Source: Cyclobacteriaceae bacterium (GTDB lineage Bacteria > Bacteroidota > Bacteroidia > Cytophagales > Cyclobacteriaceae). Taken from it: a stretch of 64,000 nt of DNA. Below are positions 22,280 to 31,785 of this stretch, in pieces. The stretch is from assembly GCA_041736555.1 (NCBI GenBank), contig JBGSTJ010000008.1, positions 62,084-126,083 on the forward strand, read 5' to 3'. The notes beneath the pieces are model-generated. The model did not search any database and was not told the origin of the DNA. It saw nothing but the letters and a program-made list of their open reading frames with translations. The first letter of the stretch is position 1. The number at the start of each line of letters is the position of its first letter. A program made the position numbers and the translations under genes.

Positions 22280-23533
22280 TTAGATTTTGGTTACCGAAAC
22301 AAGCTCTTCTTTTCGATAAAAACCACTGTCAAGCTTCGTTTTTAGGGCAGAAAAGGCATTTAGCGTTTCTTCCACATCCGACAGCGTATGGGCTGCCGTT
22401 GGGATAATTCTGAACATAATCACGTCTTTTGGCACCACCGGGTAGATCACTACCGAGCAGAAAATGCTGTTATTTTCTCTCAAATCCATGGCCATATTAG
22501 CCGCTTCACCAACACCACCTTTAAAGAGCACTGGCGTGGGTGGAGTTTGGGTCGGGTTGATGCTAAACCCACGATCTTTTAGACCTGATTTAATTGCACC
22601 CATGATTTTTTTCAAGTCAACTCTTAATTCAGGGTGTTTTTTTACCAATTCCAAGCGCTTCAAAATTCCAATGACCATGGGCATGGGCAGCGACTTCGCG
22701 TAAATCTGCGAACGCACGGTATATCTCAAATACTTTAGGATATTTTTATCGCCAGCAACAAAGGCACCAATACCCGCCATGGATTTAGCAAAGGTTGAAA
22801 AGTATAAATCAATCTGATCTTGAACACCTTGCTCCTCACCTACACCGGCTCCGGTAGCTCCCATCGTTCCAAATCCATGGGCATCATCTACCAGCAACCG
22901 GAAATTGTATTTCTTCTTTAGTTCAACAATTCCCTTCAGGTCGCCCATGTTACCTGACATACCAAAAACACCTTCTGTAATCACCAGGATACCGCCACCT
23001 GTTTCATTGGCAAGTTTAGTTGCGCGCTGAAGTTGTTTCTCCAGATTCTCCATGTTGTTGTGCGGATACACAAACCGCTTACCCATATGCAAACGAACAC
23101 CATCAATAATACAGGCATGCGACTCAGAATCATATACAATCACATCCTTACGATCGACAATGGCATCAATAATAGAAAATACACCTTGATAGCCATAATT
23201 CAGCAGCATGGCATCTTCCTTTTGAACAAAGTCAGCCAATTGCTTCTCCAATTCAAGATGATACACTGAATTACCTGACATCATGCGTGCACCCATGGGT
23301 GAAGCAAGACCAAATTGAGCGGCCGCATCGGCATCTGCTTTTCTAACTTCGGGATGGTTTGCCAAACCCAGATAATTATTCAAGCTCCAGTTAAGAACCT
23401 CTTTTCCATTAAATTTCATCCGCGGACCAATCTCGCCTTCTAACTTGGGGAAGAAGAAATAATCATCAGGGAGATGTGAATACTTGGCCAATGGACCGGC
23501 CTCCATGCGTAACTTTGAAAATAAGTCAACCAT
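22280..23533 (-). CDS. alpha-oxoamine synthase family PLP enzyme (AONS / KBL / serine palmitoyltransferase-like)
   Basis: DDAHGFG and the STFAKSMAG PLP-lysine context. 417 aa. Confidence 0.85.
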   Translation of the reverse strand: MVDLFSKLRMEAGPLAKYSHLPDDYFFFPKLEGEIGPRMKFNGKEVLNWSLNNYLGLANHPEVRKADADAAAQFGLASPMGARMMSGNSVYHLELEKQLADFVQKEDAMLLNYGYQGVFSIIDAIVDRKDVIVYDSESHACIIDGVRLHMGKRFVYPHNNMENLEKQLQRATKLANETGGGILVITEGVFGMSGNMGDLKGIVELKKKYNFRLLVDDAHGFGTMGATGAGVGEEQGVQDQIDLYFSTFAKSMAGIGAFVAGDKNILKYLRYTVRSQIYAKSLPMPMVIGILKRLELVKKHPELRVDLKKIMGAIKSGLKDRGFSINPTQTPPTPVLFKGGVGEAANMAMDLRENNSIFCSVVIYPVVPKDVIMFRIIPTAAHTLSDVEETLNAFSALKTKLDSGFYRKEELVSVTKI

Positions 23534-23711
23534 TATTGTAGATTGTTTCGTGTCTCTTTTAGAAAGTTTGAAACCTCAATCTTATAAGCTGAGGATCAAC
23601 TAAAATTGCGGCAAAAATAGAAAAATTAAAACACAGTGCCTAAATACCTAATAATATAGCCATTTTTATGGTTTGCCGAGATTCATTAGCATTGCAATCG
23701 ATATAAGTCAA

Positions 23712-25202
23712 ATGCAAAAAATCAAGAAACTATTAGTAGCCAACCGCGGTGAGATCGCGCTGCGGGTAATGCGGAGTGCCCGCGAAATGGGGATTAAAAC
23801 AGTAGCTGTATTTAGTGAGGCCGATCGAAATGCCCTTCATGTGCGCTTTGCGGATGAAGCCGTTTGTATTGGTCCGCCTCCTTCAGCACAGTCTTACCTC
23901 GTTATGGATAAGATTCTGCAGGCAGCAAAACAAACCAACTCCGATGCGATTCATCCTGGGTACGGATTCTTGTCAGAGAATGAAGACTTTGCCCTGAAGG
24001 TAAGGACAGCCGGTTTGATTTTTATCGGGCCATCTCCTGAATCAATTGAATTGATGGGGAGTAAATTGGCAGCTAAAGCAGCGGTGGCTAAATTCAATGT
24101 ACCTCTTGTGCCTGGCACTTCCGAACCTATCTCAGATATAAATGCCGCCAAAAAAATAGCCAAACAAATTGGCTATCCGATTCTTATTAAGGCCAGTGCC
24201 GGTGGGGGTGGCAAAGGGATGCGTATTGTTGAAATAGAAGCAGACTTCGAAAATCAAATGGAGCGTGCTGTTAGTGAAGCAACTTCTGCTTTTGGTGATG
24301 GCTCGGTATTTATTGAAAAGTATGTTACCCAACCACGGCATATTGAGTTTCAGATTTTTGGCGATCAGCATGGCAATGTAGTCCATCTGTTCGAGCGTGA
24401 ATGTTCCATTCAACGCAGGCATCAAAAAGTAATTGAAGAAGCTCCCTCCTCCATTCTAACCCCTGCCCTTCGAAAACAAATGGGTGAAGCTGCTGTAAAT
24501 GTTGCCAAGGCTGCTAATTATTACAATGCAGGAACGGTTGAATTCATCGTTGACGAAAAAAAGAATTTCTACTTCCTGGAAATGAACACCCGCCTGCAGG
24601 TGGAACATCCGGTAACAGAACAAATCACCGGGTTAGATTTAGTAAAACTTCAGATACAGGTTGCCCAAGGCGAAAAACTTCCTTTCCAACAGGAAGACTT
24701 AACCATACACGGGCACGCTGTTGAAGTACGAGTTTATGCCGAAGACCCGACCAATAATTTCTTGCCTGATATTGGTACGTTAAAAACATATAAGCGTCCG
24801 CAAGGGCATGGCATCCGTGTAGATGATGGATTTGAACAAGGGATGACTGTTCCCTTTTATTATGACCCAATGATTGCTAAAATGATTTGTCATGATTCAA
24901 CCCGTGAGCGCGCCATACAAAAAACCATCCGGGCCATTGACGAATATGAAATTACCGGACTGGAAACTACGTTGGGCTTTTGCCGATTCGTGATGAATCA
25001 TGATGCATTCCGCTCAGGCAACTTTGATACAAAATTTGTAGAAAAATATTTTAATCCAGAACAGCTGAAAAGTAAACCCGTGGAAGAAGAAGAATTAATT
25101 GCAGGATTACTGGCGACCTATGTAAGAGAAGAAGTAAAAATTCTACGTGCCCAGTCCGTTCAGGTAGAAGCAACCAGTAACTGGAAGAAAAACAGGGTTT
25201 AG
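23712..25202 (+). CDS. accC: biotin carboxylase subunit of an acyl-CoA carboxylase
   Basis: Start moved to MQKIKKLLVANRGEIA. ATP-grasp motifs GGGGKGMR and EMNTRLQVEHPVTE. Confidence 0.88.
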   Translation: MQKIKKLLVANRGEIALRVMRSAREMGIKTVAVFSEADRNALHVRFADEAVCIGPPPSAQSYLVMDKILQAAKQTNSDAIHPGYGFLSENEDFALKVRTAGLIFIGPSPESIELMGSKLAAKAAVAKFNVPLVPGTSEPISDINAAKKIAKQIGYPILIKASAGGGGKGMRIVEIEADFENQMERAVSEATSAFGDGSVFIEKYVTQPRHIEFQIFGDQHGNVVHLFERECSIQRRHQKVIEEAPSSILTPALRKQMGEAAVNVAKAANYYNAGTVEFIVDEKKNFYFLEMNTRLQVEHPVTEQITGLDLVKLQIQVAQGEKLPFQQEDLTIHGHAVEVRVYAEDPTNNFLPDIGTLKTYKRPQGHGIRVDDGFEQGMTVPFYYDPMIAKMICHDSTRERAIQKTIRAIDEYEITGLETTLGFCRFVMNHDAFRSGNFDTKFVEKYFNPEQLKSKPVEEEELIAGLLATYVREEVKILRAQSVQVEATSNWKKNRV

Positions 25203-25203
25203 T

Positions 25204-26505
25204 ATGGCTGAAATTAAACCTGTACGCGCGTGGCGATATAACGATGTATTAACGAAAAGCCTGGATGATCTCACCTCACCCCTGTTTGATGTAGTGTCCG
25301 AGAAACAACGGAAATCATTGTATCAAAATCCTTTAAACTCCATTCATTTATCGGTGCCCGAAGGACCGGATGCCGCCTCGAAAGCGGCTACCTTACTAAA
25401 TCATTGGAAAAAGGAGGGCATTATCTTACAGGACAAGTTACCTGCGATTTATGTTTATTATCAATACTTTAAACTTGCCGGCTCTCCAAAAGATTATTGT
25501 CGTAAGGGATTTATTGCTCATATCCGAACCTATGATTGGGAGGAGAAGGTTATTCTGCGACATGAAAACACCATACCCAAAGCTGTCAATGACCGTGTGG
25601 AATTATTGGAGCATACAGAACTTCATGTAAGTCCAACCCATGGGTTGTATACTGACCCCACTTTTGAGTTGGAGCAGTATATGGATGAAGTTATTACAAA
25701 TCCGTTATATGAAACGGAGGATTATCAGGGTGTTCGTGATGTACTCGCTATTATTCAGGATGCCAACGTAATTCAAAAGTTTATTCATCTGCTTCAATCA
25801 AAGTCAATCATATTAGCCGATGGCCATCATCGTTATGAAGGATCGTTACTTTATAAACAAAAACGAAAATCAAAAAATCCTACGCATACAGGAACAGAAG
25901 GTTATAATTTTCATCTCATGTATTTCACCAATACTGAAGCGGATGATTTGAGAATTCTTCCTACCCATAGGTTACTGCACCAGCTTGCCGGTTTTGATGA
26001 AAAAATGGTTATTGAAAAATTAAAAGAAGATTTTATCATAAAAGAAATCGAAGATCCCGATACGCTTCACGAAATTATATTAGGCAAGAAGTGGGCTTTT
26101 GGAATTCTCTTCAAGGATCGAACCCTCAAAGTCAGACTTAAACCGGAATCATTTCCGAAAATGAAATGGCACTTTCCGGAAGAAGTTAAATCGCTGGATC
26201 TTACTGTGCTGCATTATTTTATCATAGAGAAAGTACTGGGCATTGCAGGCAAGGATCAACGAACCTCAGATAATATTTCCTTCGACCGCAGTTTCTCCGA
26301 TTGCCTCACCAAAGTAATTCGGGAAGAAGTTCAGATGGCCATTATCACTCCAGAAATATCGATCGAAGATGTTAAACGTGTCTGCGCCAGTGGCTACACC
26401 ATGCCGCAAAAATCAACCTATTTCTATCCCAAAGTAATTTGTGGATTTCTTTTCAGCTCAATCAAGGAAGATGAATTTCAATCGCCCTCTTATTCTATAT
26501 TCTGA
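25204..26505 (+). CDS. DUF1015 family protein
   Basis: Begins IKP.RAWRYN, with ADGHHRYE in the middle, as I recall for DUF1015. Confidence 0.72.
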   Translation: MAEIKPVRAWRYNDVLTKSLDDLTSPLFDVVSEKQRKSLYQNPLNSIHLSVPEGPDAASKAATLLNHWKKEGIILQDKLPAIYVYYQYFKLAGSPKDYCRKGFIAHIRTYDWEEKVILRHENTIPKAVNDRVELLEHTELHVSPTHGLYTDPTFELEQYMDEVITNPLYETEDYQGVRDVLAIIQDANVIQKFIHLLQSKSIILADGHHRYEGSLLYKQKRKSKNPTHTGTEGYNFHLMYFTNTEADDLRILPTHRLLHQLAGFDEKMVIEKLKEDFIIKEIEDPDTLHEIILGKKWAFGILFKDRTLKVRLKPESFPKMKWHFPEEVKSLDLTVLHYFIIEKVLGIAGKDQRTSDNISFDRSFSDCLTKVIREEVQMAIITPEISIEDVKRVCASGYTMPQKSTYFYPKVICGFLFSSIKEDEFQSPSYSIF

Positions 26506-26524
26506 TTTTAGTTAACTTTAGATT

Positions 26525-26764
26525 ATGAATAAAACTCTTTTAAGTCGCATTACACTTAATCCCCAGGTTGGGCATGGAAAACCTACCATCAGAAATACTC
26601 GGTATTTAGTTGAAAGTATTTTAGAATATCTATCGGGTGGCGATTCGATGGAAGATATACTTCAAGAATTCCCCGACCTTGTTAAAGAAGATATTCTTGC
26701 CAGTATTGCTTATGCTACGGAGGTACTAAAATATAAAGGAATTACCTATTCAGGAGCTGAATGA
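26525..26764 (+). CDS. DUF433 antitoxin-like protein
   Basis: I.L.P.V.HGKPTIR.TR..V..IL..L..G.S.E.IL..FP.L..EDI matches the DUF433 pattern. 79 aa. Confidence 0.8.
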   Translation: MNKTLLSRITLNPQVGHGKPTIRNTRYLVESILEYLSGGDSMEDILQEFPDLVKEDILASIAYATEVLKYKGITYSGAE

Positions 26765-27117
26765 AATTCCTAATTGATGCACAATTACCCGCCTCACTAG
26801 CAAGGTTGTTTATTGAAGCAGGTTTCGATTGTGTGCATACCTTAAGTCTTCCAGACAAAAATTTAACATCTGATCACGCAATTAATTCTCTTTCCCTAAA
26901 AGAAAGCAGGATTTTGATTACTAAGGATACTGATTTTTTTCATTCCTATTTGCTTTATAAAGAGCCTTATAAGTTAGTATTCATTACAGTTGGCAATCTT
27001 CAACTTAAGGAATTGCATAATGTTTTCGAAACACACTTATCTTCCATTATTTCGGCTATTAAAGACAACGGGATGATCGAGTTAAATAAACAGGGTGTCA
27101 AAATTCTCATTCCTTGA
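26761..27117 (+). CDS. DUF5615 PIN-like toxin-like protein
   Basis: MKFLIDAQLP...RILITKDTDF pattern. 4-nt ATGA overlap with the DUF433 gene. Confidence 0.8.
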   Translation: MKFLIDAQLPASLARLFIEAGFDCVHTLSLPDKNLTSDHAINSLSLKESRILITKDTDFFHSYLLYKEPYKLVFITVGNLQLKELHNVFETHLSSIISAIKDNGMIELNKQGVKILIP

Positions 27118-27785
27118 ATTTCCATCGCCCTCTTATTCTCGCTTCTAGTTCGCCACGCAGACAGTATCTGATGCGGGAAGCGGGGTTTGAATTTCAGGTG
27201 CTGGTGCCCGACATGGACGAATCATTTCCAGCTGATATGGAAATAAAAGAAGTGCCCGGATACCTGGCAGAAAAAAAAGCGAGAATCTTTGAATTGCAGT
27301 TGGACGATGAAATTATCATTGCTTCCGACACGGTCGTGATCTTGAAAAATGAGATTCTCAATAAGCCAACGGATCGGAATGATGCAATCAACATGTTAAA
27401 TCGATTGAGCGGACAAACTCATACGGTTATCACTGCGGTATGTCTTTTGGCAAAAGAAAAAGTTGATTGTTTTGAAGACAATACAGAAGTGACTTTCAAT
27501 AAATTGACCTCTGAACAAATAGTTTATTATGTAGATACCTATAAACCCTTCGATAAGGCGGGGGCGTATGGAGCACAGGACTGCCTGCCTGCCGGAGTTA
27601 ATCCTTGCTCGAAAGAGGAAATTGATTTCCTGAAACAAATCAATAAACCGGAATTGATCGATAAAACATTCACGGTAACCACATCGGGTATCGGTATGAA
27701 TGCAATCAATAAAATCAATGGTTCGTACTTTACCGTTATGGGAATGCCCATACATCTTGTGTACGCTCACCTAAACATGTTCTGA
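27114..27785 (+). CDS. maf: Maf-family nucleoside triphosphate pyrophosphatase
   Basis: LILASSSPRR, SDTVV, DKAGAYGAQ and GSYFTVMGMP. The TTG start overlaps the upstream stop. Confidence 0.85.
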   Translation: MNFHRPLILASSSPRRQYLMREAGFEFQVLVPDMDESFPADMEIKEVPGYLAEKKARIFELQLDDEIIIASDTVVILKNEILNKPTDRNDAINMLNRLSGQTHTVITAVCLLAKEKVDCFEDNTEVTFNKLTSEQIVYYVDTYKPFDKAGAYGAQDCLPAGVNPCSKEEIDFLKQINKPELIDKTFTVTTSGIGMNAINKINGSYFTVMGMPIHLVYAHLNMF

Positions 27786-27786
27786 G

Positions 27787-28719
27787 TTGAAGTATCTTCT
27801 CTCGCTCATCAAAGAACACACAAAACAAGATTTTAACATTTTCTACTACTTGGGTCTTTTCTTTTTTACTACACTCTTACTTTCTCTCAATTACTACTTC
27901 GACATAGAAAATAGTTGGATTGATCGGGAAACCGGAAACCCGATTAGCATAGTATTGTATTTTATACTTTATGGCTTTGGCTATTATAGTACCTGTCTGA
28001 TTGTTTCGTATTTCAATCCTAACACAAAATTCTGGACTTCGCGAAAATTCTGGTTATTTTCAATTTTTGGTTTGAGTATTTTATCTATCGACAGTGGGTT
28101 CCCCTTTCTTCACAGCATTATCAGTTCCTTCAATCAATCCTACGAGGCTTATTCGTGGCTGTATAAAATTGGTACAAATTCAATCTCATTGCTAATAGTG
28201 ATTCTGCCCCTCTATATATTCAATCGATTTATAGATACCGAAAAAAATAGCTTCTATGGATTGTTAAAGAAAAGTAGCCTAAGGCCCTATCTGCTACTTC
28301 TGCTTTTGATTGCTCCATTTATCATGTTAGCAGCCTTTCAAAAAAGTTTTACTGAATATTATCCCATCTATAAACCTAATTCAATTGCCGAACTCTGGCA
28401 TTGGCCATCGTTTATGCCCGTGTTACTATTTGAGATTTTTTACGGTGCTGACTTCCTGCCGGTGGAATTGCTCTTTCGGGGATTCTTTGTTATCGGTATG
28501 GCACAAATATTAGGCAAGCATTCCATCATGCCGATGGTTGTAGTTTACTGCTTTCTACATTTTGGTAAACCAGCCGGTGAAGCTGTCGCTTCAATTTTTG
28601 GTGGCTATGTATTAGGGGTTATCGCACTTTACACCCGATCTATTTGGGGTGGCATTATTGTGCATATAGGTGTTGCCTGGACGATGGAATTGACTGCTTA
28701 TTTAGCCAGGCAGTTTTGA
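27787..28719 (+). CDS. CPBP-family intramembrane glutamic endopeptidase
   Basis: Polytopic protein with the VELLFRGF (EExxxR-like) motif and later His-containing helices. TTG start. Confidence 0.7.
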   Translation: MKYLLSLIKEHTKQDFNIFYYLGLFFFTTLLLSLNYYFDIENSWIDRETGNPISIVLYFILYGFGYYSTCLIVSYFNPNTKFWTSRKFWLFSIFGLSILSIDSGFPFLHSIISSFNQSYEAYSWLYKIGTNSISLLIVILPLYIFNRFIDTEKNSFYGLLKKSSLRPYLLLLLLIAPFIMLAAFQKSFTEYYPIYKPNSIAELWHWPSFMPVLLFEIFYGADFLPVELLFRGFFVIGMAQILGKHSIMPMVVVYCFLHFGKPAGEAVASIFGGYVLGVIALYTRSIWGGIIVHIGVAWTMELTAYLARQF

Positions 28720-29699
28720 AGAGCCTCGGTGGTAATTGTTGTGGCACATTTGAAATGCCCTTGCGGACAAGCCTTATGTCCATGGAGTCCACAGGGCCGG
28801 CATGATAATGTTTCCTGGGTTTGTATGAGATAAGATTGTTCGGATAGAGGTCCAAAACCAAATGCCGGGATGGTAGAACAAAAAATTGCTGTTACAGGAG
28901 CATTTATGGCAGAAGCCAAGTGCATGGGCGCTGAATCATTTACAAAGTTCATCTCCGCTCCTTTCATCAATGCGGCCGACTCGAGAAAACTTAACTGTCC
29001 TGCCAGGTTAATAACCCGGTCGCTTTGTGATTCCAGCTTTATAGAATCACATAGCTGTGAGTCGGATGGAGCTCCTAACAAATAGATCTTATCGTATCGG
29101 CCTGCTATAGATTGTATAAATGTAATCCATTGAGTTGCCGGAAATTGCTTGGTAAACCATACGGATGTGGGTGCTATACAGATGTAACTGCTCGTTTGGA
29201 ATTTTCTTTTTGATTCATAATCACTTGTAGATGGATACAGACATGGAAGTTCGCGGGTTCGATCTGTAATAGCTGCAATTAGTTTTTGATTACGATCGAT
29301 TTCGTGCAATCCGGAATCCAGATCGTGTTGGATACGATGACTGAAGGCAAACGACCATGGATTTTTATTAAACCCAATTTTGTTGGTCGCACCGGAAAAC
29401 GCAGTAATTAAACCTGAACTGGCAAACCGATGAATGTTAATAACCGTGTCATATTTTTTTGACCGAACAAGGCTAATCAGTTTGAACAAATTTCTGATTT
29501 TATCCTTCTTCTTTTCCCAGATCAACACTTCACGGATATGAGGATGATTCTTTAGTAATGACTCGTTTCCTTTGCGAAGAAGAAAATCAATAGACGAATC
29601 AGGAAACGATTTGCGAAGTTTTTCAACAACGGCTGTAGCTAAAATAACATCCCCGATAAAGGCAGTTTGTATTACCAGAAAGGATTTTTTTTGCGACAC
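28698..29699 (-). CDS. glycosyltransferase family 9 (heptosyltransferase-like)
   Basis: LVIQTAFIGDVILATAVVEKLR N-terminus and ND(S/T)APMHLA. The 3' end overlaps the convergent CPBP gene by 22 nt. Confidence 0.8.
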   Translation of the reverse strand: MSQKKSFLVIQTAFIGDVILATAVVEKLRKSFPDSSIDFLLRKGNESLLKNHPHIREVLIWEKKKDKIRNLFKLISLVRSKKYDTVINIHRFASSGLITAFSGATNKIGFNKNPWSFAFSHRIQHDLDSGLHEIDRNQKLIAAITDRTRELPCLYPSTSDYESKRKFQTSSYICIAPTSVWFTKQFPATQWITFIQSIAGRYDKIYLLGAPSDSQLCDSIKLESQSDRVINLAGQLSFLESAALMKGAEMNFVNDSAPMHLASAINAPVTAIFCSTIPAFGFGPLSEQSYLIQTQETLSCRPCGLHGHKACPQGHFKCATTITTEALQNCLAK

Positions 29700-29703
29700 G
29701 ATC

Positions 29704-30234
29704 CTAGAACTTAGTCTTGTAATAGGCCAGCGCTCGCGTTACAATTTCCATGGCAATTTTCTTGTCCTGAAAATCAGGAACGGTAACAACTTTGTTTTCC
29801 AACTTCTTATAGCTTTCAAAAAACTCCTTCAACTCAAGTTTAAAATGCGAGGCCAACTCACTAATATCATTCAGATGTTTGGTATTAGCATCATTCTCCG
29901 CTACCGCGAGAATCTTATCATCGCCCAGGCCCTGATCAATCATGCGCATCACTCCCACCACACGAGCCGGCACCAGGCATAAAGGCTGTATAGGTTCGCG
30001 ACATAATATCATGATGTCAAGTGGATCATTGTCATCCCCTAAAGATTGTGGAATAAAACCATAGTTGGCAGGGTAGATAACAGATGAATATAATACTCTA
30101 TCCAACTTCAGCAATCCTGTTTCTTTATCTACCTCATACTTGGTGCGCATGCCCGTTGAGATTTCAATAATGCCATTAACAAATTCTGGGGGCTGAATGC
30201 CAGCGGATGCTTCGTGCCAGGGATGTTTGATCAT
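29704..30234 (-). CDS. ppa: inorganic pyrophosphatase (family I)
   Basis: KYEVDKETG and the DGDPLD-like DNDPLDIM motif. 176 aa. Confidence 0.93.
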   Translation of the reverse strand: MIKHPWHEASAGIQPPEFVNGIIEISTGMRTKYEVDKETGLLKLDRVLYSSVIYPANYGFIPQSLGDDNDPLDIMILCREPIQPLCLVPARVVGVMRMIDQGLGDDKILAVAENDANTKHLNDISELASHFKLELKEFFESYKKLENKVVTVPDFQDKKIAMEIVTRALAYYKTKF

Positions 30235-30294
30235 AGACTAACGATTATTCACGAAGATACTATTTCTCGCTTACCCTGTTTGATTTATCCTGCA

Positions 30295-30332
30295 ACAAAA
30301 AAAATGCCCACCCGGAAAATCCAGATGGGCAT
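30295..30332 (-). terminator. rho-independent terminator after the adaptor gene
   Basis: On the minus strand: ATGCCCA, 15-nt loop, TGGGCAT, then a T-run of 9. Confidence 0.6.
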
Positions 30333-30350
30333 TCTATCGTTGCTTACCTA

Positions 30351-31757
30351 TTAATTTTTAGCAGCTTCTTCTTTTTCCTGTTCTTTTTTCTTTTCCTCCT
30401 CTGTTTTCGCGGTTATCTTATCTCCGTTTTTCAATCGTTTTGAAACGACCAGGAAAGGGCCCGTAATTACTTCCACAGTGTCTGCAAGACCTGAAATAAT
30501 CTCGATATTATCGTAGTCGCTGATACCTGTTTTTACTTCTACCATCTTGGCAGCTCCATTTTCATTCACAAAAACAACAACCTTATCAGCCTTCTTTTCT
30601 ACTTTCGGTTTACTACTGTCTGTTACCTGTGGCCTGTCGTTGTCATTGTTGTCTTGATTTTCGGTTGGCATGGCCTTGTCATCTGCAGGACGCGTGGTTA
30701 CTGCAGCCAAAGGAACAGACAACACATTTTCTTTACGGGTTGTAATGATGTCCACACTGGCGGTCATCCCCGGACGGAACGGATACCGATTGCCCCCTTT
30801 CACCAGATCTTCATAGGAAGATGGAAGAATACTAATTCTAACTTCAAACTCCGTAATGGCATCTGCAGATGCTTTATCGCGGGCTGTATTGGCAATATTA
30901 GTCACGAGGCCTTTAAATTCTTTGCCCGTATTTCCATAGGCATCTACATCAATAATTACGGAGTCGCCATAATGAACCCGCACAATATCATTCTCATTTA
31001 CGTTAACACGCACTTCCATTTTATTCAAATCTGCAATACGCATCATTTCCGTACCTGCCATTTGCGCAGTTCCCACAACGCGCTCACCTTGTTTTACATT
31101 CAACTTGGATACAATCCCAGTCATGGGTGCCAGCACCGTGGTTCTACGCACATTTTCACGCGACTCCCTAACGCTCGCCTCTGAACTATTAACAATATAT
31201 TTAGCTGCTTCCAAGGATTGCTCAGCAGATTTCAAATCGTTAGTCGCAATTTTAAAATTCTGTTGCGCCAACTGCCAATCCGCTTCAGAGATAACCTTTT
31301 CATTCCATAGTTTTTCCTGTCGCTTGTAATCTTGCTCAGAACGCATATAGGTTGCCTGAGCCCGCGCCAGGGAAGCTCGTGAAGATTCCAGATTTGCCAG
31401 TTGTTGGTTGTAGGCAGCTTCGGAACGCTCCAACTGACTCTTCCATACATCAGGCCTTATCTTCACCAATACATCGCCTTGTTTCACTGAGTCACCATCT
31501 TCAACAGTCAGATCTGTAATTTCACCAGAAACCTCAGGAGCAAGTTTAACCTCGATCACAGGTTGCACGGTGCCTGAGGCACTCACCTTTTCTGTAATGG
31601 AGACCTTTTTCGCTTTGCTTACATCCACCTCAAGGGTTTTTGCTTTGCCAATCCAGCCCTGCGACTTACCGATGATTAAGAACAGTATTAGGAATCCTAC
31701 TACACCAATGCCGATGTACAGTAACTTATTTGATTTTTTCTTCGATTGCTTTGCCAT
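30351..31757 (-). CDS. efflux periplasmic adaptor (HlyD/MacA-type membrane fusion protein)
   Basis: N-terminal TM anchor, a long coiled-coil hairpin, lipoyl and beta-barrel segments, and an acidic/lysine-rich tail. Confidence 0.85.
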   Translation of the reverse strand: MAKQSKKKSNKLLYIGIGVVGFLILFLIIGKSQGWIGKAKTLEVDVSKAKKVSITEKVSASGTVQPVIEVKLAPEVSGEITDLTVEDGDSVKQGDVLVKIRPDVWKSQLERSEAAYNQQLANLESSRASLARAQATYMRSEQDYKRQEKLWNEKVISEADWQLAQQNFKIATNDLKSAEQSLEAAKYIVNSSEASVRESRENVRRTTVLAPMTGIVSKLNVKQGERVVGTAQMAGTEMMRIADLNKMEVRVNVNENDIVRVHYGDSVIIDVDAYGNTGKEFKGLVTNIANTARDKASADAITEFEVRISILPSSYEDLVKGGNRYPFRPGMTASVDIITTRKENVLSVPLAAVTTRPADDKAMPTENQDNNDNDRPQVTDSSKPKVEKKADKVVVFVNENGAAKMVEVKTGISDYDNIEIISGLADTVEVITGPFLVVSKRLKNGDKITAKTEEEKKKEQEKEEAAKN

Positions 31758-31785
31758 GTGCGTTTTATAGAGTGAAAGTTGGAAA

